DNA of 5,585 bases from Selaginella moellendorffii (GCF_000143415.4 NW_003314738.1:1-5585), one strand, 5' to 3'. Numbered from the stretch's first letter, positions 1 to 5,585 are shown. Notes: generated by a model from the sequence alone, not told the origin. Translations and numbers: made by a program.

Positions 1-10
1 CCCGGAAGCC

Positions 11-1252
11 ATGTCGGGTCACAATCGTTTCCAGGGCTGCGGCTTGAACGGGCAAGCTGAACTTGCTCTGGAGTACTACTCTGCCCTGAGAGCTGATAAC
101 ACCATTCAAGCTGATGCTTGCACCTACACCTGCGTCCTTGTTGCTTGCGGGAGTGTGATGGCGATCAAGCTCGGGAGGGAGATTCACCAGCTGGCGAAGC
201 ATAAAGGGCTGCTGAAAAACAATCCAGTTCTGGGCTCCAGCCTGGTGAGCTTCTACGGCAAATGCGGCGATGTTGATTCTGCTCAGGAAGCGTTTGACGA
301 GTGCCGAGCTCGGGACAACACGGGTCTCTGGAACTCTCTCATACAGGCTTACACTCTCCAGGGCCGATCGATCGAGGCCTTGGAGCGTTTCTATTCCATG
401 ACTCAGGAGGAGGGCTGTAAAGCTGACGATGTGAGTTTTGTCTCGGTGTTGAACGCTTGCAGCCATGGTGGTCTGGTCGGGAAAGGAAGGCAGCTTCTGG
501 ATGAAATGCCCAAGCAGTATGGAGTCAAGCCACGTCTGGAGCATTATGTGTGCCTGATCGATATGCTCGGGCGAGCTAACCTCCTTGACGAAGCTGTGAG
601 AGTTCTCAGAGCCATGCCTTTTGAACCGGATGCAGTGGTTTGGAGGTCCCTGCTCGGAGCCTGCCGGAAGTGGAAGAATTACACAATCGGCAAACTCGCG
701 TTTGAGCGTCTTGTGGAGATGGATCCCAAGAGCGGCACGCCCTACGCATTGATGGCCAATATATTTGGAAACCTGGGGATGCTTAGTGAAAGGGCCGCTG
801 TTGTGGAGAGAATGAGAGGTGAAGGCAGCTTCAGGGAGCCCGGGAGAAGCTGGTGGACGGATGTTAGCTCAGGAAAAGTGCATTCTTTTTCTGTCGGGGA
901 TAGGAGTCACTCACAGAGCGACGAGATTGCGGCCAAGCTCAAGCAATTGTTGCTGAGAATGAAAGAGGAGGGGTACGCGAGCGATGTGATCAACGTTCTA
1001 AAAGACATACCCGAGGAAGAGAAAGAGGATCACCTGTGCGGCCACAGTGAGAAGCTTGCGCTGGGGTGTGCTCTGGTGAACTCGCACCAGAAGGAGACCA
1101 TCAGAATTGTGAAAAATCTCCGAGTTTGTGACGATTGCCATGCGGCCACTGCTCTCATCTCTAAGCTGGAAAAAAGGCTAATCATCTGCAAAGATGCCAG
1201 TCGGGTTCATGTGTTCCAGGATGGCAGATGTTCCTGTGACAACTACTTTTGA
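11..1252 (+). CDS. PLS-class pentatricopeptide repeat protein with E1-E2-DYW cytidine deaminase domain (organellar RNA editing factor, DYW:WW variant); 5' end uncertain, probably incomplete
   Basis: Translation parses as partial P (QGCGLNGQAELALEYY..), L (ACTYTCVLVAC..GREIH), S (PVLGSSLVSFYGKCG..), P2 (TGLWNSLIQAY..), L2 (DVSFVSVLNACSHGG..), S2 (LEHYVCLIDMLGRA..), E1 (AVVWRSLLGAC..), E2 (GTPYALMANIF..), then PG box PGRSWWTD (839-862), HSEK (1043-1054), CDDCH (1127-1141) and CSCDNYF-stop. The frame is open from position 2 and no transit peptide is visible. Confidence 0.95.
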   Translation: MSGHNRFQGCGLNGQAELALEYYSALRADNTIQADACTYTCVLVACGSVMAIKLGREIHQLAKHKGLLKNNPVLGSSLVSFYGKCGDVDSAQEAFDECRARDNTGLWNSLIQAYTLQGRSIEALERFYSMTQEEGCKADDVSFVSVLNACSHGGLVGKGRQLLDEMPKQYGVKPRLEHYVCLIDMLGRANLLDEAVRVLRAMPFEPDAVVWRSLLGACRKWKNYTIGKLAFERLVEMDPKSGTPYALMANIFGNLGMLSERAAVVERMRGEGSFREPGRSWWTDVSSGKVHSFSVGDRSHSQSDEIAAKLKQLLLRMKEEGYASDVINVLKDIPEEEKEDHLCGHSEKLALGCALVNSHQKETIRIVKNLRVCDDCHAATALISKLEKRLIICKDASRVHVFQDGRCSCDNYF

Positions 1253-1657
1253 AAACATGTCAGTGCTCTTTCTTGCAGTTATCCCTGGTTTTAACCCTCC
1301 ATGAGTCAAGCAGAAACATGGGCCGCTGAGTGAGCATGCCTCGTCAAAGTACCGCCGCCAACCTGAACTTCACGGAGAAAAAAATAACATTTAAAAGTTA
1401 AAACTATGCAAAAGGAGGATGACACGTTGTCTTAAATTTAAATTTCTTTTTGGTAGCAGAATCGGCCGGCAAGTCTTCATACTAAGGCTTATTATCTGAA
1501 TCTGGGTGCTCCGTTTTGGGGCACCTGTTGGCAGGTTTAGTCAACATTCCTACCCAAACTCTTTGCTGATAGCAAGTACCGCCTCATGTTCCGGGATCAA
1601 AATTAACGTTTTCCCTATTTGCACAATAACTTAAGCTAAAGTAATGTACTTACCCTT

Positions 1658-1890
1658 ATGGCGGTGAGTTTACATTTCTTAGGTTGCATGCCTCCCGGCA
1701 GGGTCATGAAGAAGAGGTCCCCGATCTGGAACAAGACCCGGATGCTCACATGGAGGAGCTCGACCACGAGGCTGTCCAGTTTGTGGATACCTCGGGTTTT
1801 GCTGCACCTGCTGCTGCGAAGAGAACCCGGGGAAAGAACTGGAACCATGCTGAGACCATGGTCCTGATTGATCTCGTTCGGGAAAAACAT
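1658..1890 (+). pseudogene. Truncated Myb/SANT-like (trihelix, Myb_DNA-bind_4-like) protein gene, the Harbinger accessory ORF
   Basis: Acidic leader followed by KRTRGKNWNHAETMVLIDLVREK, matching the R..NW...ET..LI.L..E first helix of trihelix/MADF-like domains; helices 2-3 are absent. Probable start is micro-exon ATG GCG (1658-1663), intron GTGAGT..GGCAG (1664-1701), then in-frame GGT CAT GAA. Confidence 0.75.
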
Positions 1891-3068
1891 CTCGCGAAGA
1901 CCGTGAACTTGAGGTTCGTCGGGCTGTGATAGGGAGGAGGTTTAGCATCGGCCTGTGGTGGGTGAAGCCTCGAAATGTCACCACCTGGAGTAAGTTTTCT
2001 TTGGAGTATTACGATGTGGGGAGGTGGAAGAGGAAACTTCAGATGGAGAAGAGGACCTTCTTCACCATTTGTGGCATGCTGGAGAGTGAGATCCGGAAGC
2101 GGTTGGTGGAGTGTGGTGCCGGTGGATGTTCGACTGGGGGTGACTTTGTACAAGCTTTTCAAGAACACAAATTACTTGGATCTGGTGGACAAGTTCGGCA
2201 TCAGGGAGTCCACAGCTCATGAGATTGTACATTTTCTTATGTTTTTTGGATTGTTATAAGTTTTGATCAGCAATAGGAACCCGACTGCCTATTGTTGCTG
2301 GGGCGATCGACTACTAGACTGGACAGCGAGAGCTACTACGACCGGAAGCAGCGGTACTCAGTCATCTTGCAAGGGGTTTTTGATGCCCAGAAGAGGTTCC
2401 TCAGTGTCTACGCTGGGTGGCCAGGATGGTTCTAAAATGTTCTTTTTGCTTTCAGGACGCATCCACGACATGAGGGTTTTTCGGAATTCAACCCTCAGGA
2501 ACAAGATTGTAGCAAGGGAGCTGCTGACATCGCCCGCAGTGTTAGCATATGATGATAGGATCAAGCCATACCTAGTGGGGGACAAAGGGTACCAACTCCA
2601 GCAGCATCTGATGATTCCACACACAAGTAAGTCTTCTTCATTCTACTTTCTTTTGTTCACTTGTTTTGGTTGTTGCTCAGCTCCGAACTCGACACCATCC
2701 AAGGCAGCTTTCAACCTTCTCAGATTGTTATTGAGCAAGCATTTGGACTTCTTAAAATGAAGTTCAGATGCTTGGATCAAAAACAAAAGATCCAGCCAAA
2801 GTACCTTCCCAACATCATCAAGAGTTGTTGCATCTTGCACAACTTCTTGATTGATGTTGGGGAGACTGATCTTCGGGCGGAGATCCAAGCTTGGAGGAAA
2901 GAGGTGAAAATGCTCAAGGACCAGGACCTCTTTGTCGATTACGGTGATCCCGAGGAAGTGGAAGGGGAGCCTCGTGAGGAGTTGCACAGTCCAGAGGATG
3001 CGAAAGAGGTTAGAGAGAACCTCACGTTTTCCCTCTGTCTTTGCCAGTGGCGTTCGTGTTTGCTTTGA
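1890..3068 (+). pseudogene. Harbinger transposase / HARBI1-ALP1-like DDE nuclease pseudogene with introns and multiple frameshifts
   Basis: Collinear motifs across frames: WWVKPRN..QMEKRTFFTICGML (frame 3, to ~2099); HTH VPVDVRLGVTLYKL..KFGIRESTAHEIV (frame 1, 2113-2229); RLPIVAGAID (frame 2, D1 at 2309-2311, TAG at 2315); YYDRKQRYSVILQGVFDAQKRFLSVYAGWPG (frame 3, 2334-2426, not in ORF track); RIHD..YLVGDKGY..LMIP (frame 1, D2 at 2581-2583); IEQAFGLLKMKFRCL..CCILHNF (frame 3, E at 2733-2735); stop at 3066-3068. Confidence 0.92.
2627..2680 (+). other. 54-nt GT-AG spliceosomal intron in the transposase gene
   Basis: Canonical GTAAGT donor, T-rich body and GCTCAG acceptor. Removal gives MIPHT-TPNSTPSKAAFN and restores the expected spacing between the D2 and E motifs. 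Confidence 0.85.
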
Positions 3069-3093
3069 AATTTGCTGGGATATAATTCTAAAC

Positions 3094-3129
3094 ATTTGAA
3101 TTTGAATTTGAAATTTCAAAATTTGAAAT
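3094..3129. repeat. ATTTGA/TTTGAA micro-repeat cluster with overlapping palindromes
   Basis: (ATTTGA)x3 at 3094-3111, perfect 14-bp palindrome TTTGAAATTTCAAA at 3107-3120, and inverted repeat ATTTCAAA-A-TTTGAAAT at 3113-3129. Confidence 0.7.
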
Positions 3130-3610
3130 AAGTGAATTTTGCATTGTTTTTAAGTGCGAATCCGAGGGTGTTTTTCCCATCTCGATGTCTCCAGAGACGC
3201 TGGAACCGGTTGAGGTTGAAGCGCTGTTACGTTCGACGAATTAGTGTTCCCTACGAACACTCCGGCATGTTGACCAGCATAAAGAAGAGTTAGAGTTCGG
3301 AGGGGAAACCCTGGTTGAAACTGACGTTGAGCCATCTCCGCTATAGTGTCGGTGTAGAACTATTAAAAACTACAAGACCATCACTAACGGTCTATACATC
3401 AAAGCTACAAGACAACGTACCTTCTCTCCCAGCTGCCGGGCCATAAGAAGAGCAGATACCCAAAGTTGCCCGTCTGAGCAGCCCGTAAAGCCTCTTTCTG
3501 CTTTCCGGCAATACGTAGCCCTTTCACCTCAAATGCAGTTGCCTGTCGCCAGAAAGTCTTCGTTTGTATCAACTCAAGAGAAAAAGACTGCCGAACCTGC
3601 ATTTGCTGTT

Positions 3611-4001
3611 CAGTTGGAGTTGTCTGTAGACAGCGAGAGCCAAAAGCCCATGACTCTACATCGCGCTCCTCCTACAAAGCCTCGGCTTCTTCCAAATGCC
3701 CTTTCCTGGCAAATGCTGTGACGAGGGCAGTCTGCGCAACGATCGTCTTCACGGGCATCCGATCAAACAAATCCTTGACAGAAGCTATCTTTCCATTGCG
3801 ATTGAAAAGTGTAATCGTCACATTCCAAGAGAACTCGTTCTTCTCTGGAGCCAATTCGAAAATCTCTCGCGCTTTATCAAGATGCCCGTTGTCGGCATAT
3901 GCCGTGACGATCGAGTTCCACGTCGAGGCATCTCGCCGGAGCATCCCATCGAACGTTCTGCGCGCTCGATTTAGATATTTCGCCTGTGCGTAGGCCTGGA
4001 G
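3611..4001 (-). pseudogene. PPR gene fragment made of tandem 31-aa SS/S-type motifs
   Basis: LQAYAQAKYLNRARRTFDGMLRRD / ASTWNSIVTAYADNGHLDKAREIFELAPEKN (31 aa) / EFSWNVTITLFNRNGKIASVKDLFDRMPVKT (31 aa) / IVAQTALVTAFARKGHLEEAEAL-TAG (3674-3672). Similarity continues after the stop (EERDVESW), then LALAVYRQLQL in another frame. It begins mid-motif. Confidence 0.88.
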
Positions 4002-4182
4002 GGAGCACTGCTCAAGAACTGCCGGGATCTGTCACAGGGGAGGCAAATCCACGCCCGCATTGCGCAAAGCGAGCACCGCCGCAACAAATATCTCGCGAAT
4101 CTGCAAATGCGGCAGCGTCGATGTCGCCCGTGCAATCTTCGAATCCATAGAGAATCCTAAGCTCTTCTCCTCCAACATCATG
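4002..4182 (+). pseudogene. PLS-class PPR gene fragment (L-S motifs plus start of the next motif), frameshifted; not in the ORF track
   Basis: Frame 3, 4002-4103: GALLKNCRDLSQGRQIHARIAQSEHRRNKYLANL. Frame 1, 4105-4182: KCGSVDVARAIFESIENPKLFSSNIM. The usual LxxMYG segment between them is missing; TGA at 4204-4206. Confidence 0.88.
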
Positions 4183-4221
4183 ACAGGAGAGCAAGCAATC
4201 CTCTGAGGTGTCTGTGGAAAT

Positions 4222-4511
4222 NNNNNNNNNNNNNNNNNNNNNNNNNNNNNNNNNNNNNNNNNNNNNNNNNNNNNNNNNNNNNNNNNNNNNNNNNNNNNNN
4301 NNNNNNNNNNNNNNNNNNNNNNNNNNNNNNNNNNNNNNNNNNNNNNNNNNNNNNNNNNNNNNNNNNNNNNNNNNNNNNNNNNNNNNNNNNNNNNNNNNNN
4401 NNNNNNNNNNNNNNNNNNNNNNNNNNNNNNNNNNNNNNNNNNNNNNNNNNNNNNNNNNNNNNNNNNNNNNNNNNNNNNNNNNNNNNNNNNNNNNNNNNNN
4501 NNNNNNNNNNN
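4222..4511. other. Assembly gap (290 N)
   Basis: Run of N; contiguity and distance across it are unverified. Confidence 1.
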
Positions 4512-4743
4512 GAATTTCCATCTCTCTTTCTTGCTCCTCGAGATACTAGTGTTCTTGGGAGCTGTCGCCCTAAATTCGCCCCCATCGCTCCCTCTCCGCC
4601 CAATTCCCTCATGGCGCCAGCTCCAGTTCCACTCGCGCCGCCTCTCGATGTTCTTCCACTTCGGCGTCAACACATTCACGGACTCGGAGCGTGGATCCGG
4701 CCACGAATCGCCCTCCATCTTCAACCGGGAGCGATTGAATGCC
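4512..4743 (+). pseudogene. FUC1: 5' fragment of a plant alpha-L-fucosidase 1 (GH29): signal peptide plus start of the catalytic domain, truncated
   Basis: NFHLSFLLLEILVFLGAVAL (hydrophobic leader), then PPSLPLRPIPSWRQLQFHSRRLSMFFHFGVNTFTDSERGSGHESPSIFNRERLNA, matching the plant FUC1 pattern P.P.LP.PS..QL.W....MF.HFG.NTFTDSEWG.G...PSIFNP..LNA. G4512 could be the last base of an ATG lying in the gap. TAG at 4756-4758; I see no QW..AKHHDGF continuation in the window. Confidence 0.88.
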
Positions 4744-4765
4744 TTAGCCGTGGCATAGCCATTTA

Positions 4766-5035
4766 CTAGAGGAGCTAGAGGAGAGCTGTTGTAGGAGGAG
4801 TGCTAGAGGAGTTGGAGGAGAGCTGTTGCAGGAGAAGTGCTGGAGGAGCTGGAGGAGACTCAATGCACAAGGGGTTTTGGAAGAGCTAGAGGGTGAGAAA
4901 GAATGATTTGATGAAAAAAAAAAAACTGAGAAATCCAAGAGTAGGATTGGCAAAAGTACAATGTGGAAGAGAGTTGTTGCAGGAGGAGTACTAGAGGACA
5001 TGGAAGAGAGTTGCTACAGGAAGAGTGTTGGAGGG
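4766..5035. repeat. 37-bp purine-rich minisatellite in two blocks separated by a ~105-nt spacer containing an A12 tract
   Basis: Units 4766-4802 (CTAGAGGAGCTAGAGGAGAGCTGTTGTAGGAGGAGTG) and 4803-4839 are 33/37 identical, followed by a partial unit 4840-4858. The second block is 4964-4990 (partial) and 4991-5027 (full); degenerate echoes continue to ~5120. Confidence 0.85.
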
Positions 5036-5585
5036 AAGAGATATGTTGCATTGGAGGAAAGTAAGAGCCACTAGAGGAGTTGGGCACTCGAAGAAAACAA
5101 GAGTTGCTAGGTGGAGAGTTGGGCATTATACACAATACCATCTACACTAACTAACCCTAACCGAACTCAAATAGATATAATTTTCTGCATTGCACTATGC
5201 AACAATGATATTGTCAATTTTTACATAAATAAAAAATTTATATGATGTACTCATTTTAATACATTTTTTTATTCATATGTACTTCTTGTTTATCTCTCAA
5301 AGAGTTCAACTAATGTTTTTTTTATCAATTTTATTCTTCCTATAGCAAGCTTAAAGCAAATAGTGAAGAATATAAGGAAGAAGTCCTACACTCTTGCAAT
5401 ACTAAAATCTTGCAAACTTTCCTTTAAGAACATTATTACTAGTCAAAAAGTTCACTTTTTTTGAGTAGTCTGATGTGTTTGTCTTTATAGCATGTCCATA
5501 AACAGAAAACAAGGAACTTTTTACTTACTCCTCATAGTAGAGTATCACACTGATAGAAGAATTTGAGCTTCTTCTCCATGCAATG

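Larger units (their letters stand above)
1401..3149 (+). mobile_element. Degenerate, internally deleted PIF/Harbinger-superfamily DNA transposon (boundaries tentative)
   Basis: Carries both Harbinger hallmarks (Myb/trihelix remnant and DDE_Tnp_4-type transposase remnant). Candidate TIRs AAACTATGCAAAA (1401-1413) and TTTTGCATTGTTT (3137-3149) match 12/13 as inverted repeats and are flanked by TTA (1398-1400 and 3150-3152). Superfamily call is strong; the ends are less certain. Confidence 0.75.

Noticed and set aside
839-1252. U-to-C (reverse) editing factor
   Set aside because: Has a PG box and HSE motif, not the KPAxA/HAE signature of the DYW:KP class.
1347-1583. 10-bp direct repeat AAGTACCGCC (1347-1356, 1574-1583) as a Mutator-type TSD
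   Set aside because: The enclosed sequence has no terminal inverted repeats; a single 10-mer pair is weak evidence.
1890-3068. Functional domesticated HARBI1/ALP1 gene, or rescue by programmed frameshifting or RNA editing
   Set aside because: At least three frameshifts plus a damaged splice donor coincide with loss of conserved residues; neither recoding nor base editing could restore deleted sequence.
1636-3119. Minus-strand and alternative-frame ORFs over the Harbinger region (e.g. 1746-2168, 2358-2624, 2643-3119)
   Set aside because: Shadow ORFs of the plus-strand Myb/transposase remnants with no recognisable motifs.
3370-3413. 9-bp direct repeat CTACAAGAC (3370-3378, 3405-3413)
   Set aside because: Short, encloses only 26 nt, with no supporting element structure.
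3533-3993. Plus-strand ORFs 3533-3721, 3696-3974 and 3718-3993
   Set aside because: Antisense shadows of the minus-strand PPR fragment.
4215-4520. 7-bp inverted match TGGAAAT/ATTTCCA flanking the gap
   Set aside because: Does not extend, and the right copy lies in the fucosidase leader coding sequence; probably chance.
4012-4724. Long ORFs spanning the N run (4012-4521, 4032-4724, 4178-4612, 4208-4549)
   Set aside because: Artefacts of translating Ns; their real parts are antisense to, or out of frame with, the PPR and fucosidase fragments.
4766-5027. 37-bp repeats as a CRISPR array
   Set aside because: Units are head-to-tail without unique spacers, degenerate, in eukaryotic context, and no cas genes are present.
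4744-5141. Ser/Leu-rich minus-strand ORFs 4744-5001 and 4860-5141
   Set aside because: Low-complexity translation of the minisatellite; a 37-bp unit does not preserve frame.
5147-5162. CTAACTAACCCTAACC as telomeric repeat or telo-box
   Set aside because: Only about two imperfect units and not the plant CCCTAAA repeat.

Overview
Eukaryotic land-plant DNA, most likely a seed-free plant such as the lycophyte Selaginella (inferred from tandem 31-aa SS-type PPR motifs, a WW-type DYW domain and ~40-55 nt introns). In order, the window holds: (1) a PLS-class PPR-E1-E2-DYW RNA-editing factor with an intact deaminase active site, a PGxSWWTD (WW-variant) PG box and an NYF C-terminus, whose 5' end may be frameshifted; (2) a degenerate PIF/Harbinger element in which the first helix of the Myb/trihelix gene is joined out of frame to a fragmented, intron-containing DDE transposase, with candidate 13-bp TIRs and a TTA TSD at 1401/3149; (3) two unrelated PPR pseudogene fragments joined back-to-back at ~4001/4002, the plus-strand one absent from the ORF track; (4) a 290-nt assembly gap; (5) a 5'-only fragment of a GH29 alpha-L-fucosidase; (6) a 37-bp purine-rich minisatellite with a CHG-deamination pattern; (7) an AT-rich tail. 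I see no evidence that these parts form one functional system. The best leads are the WW-type DYW deaminase, the atypical Harbinger ends and the dense mosaic of gene fragments eroded by short deletions.
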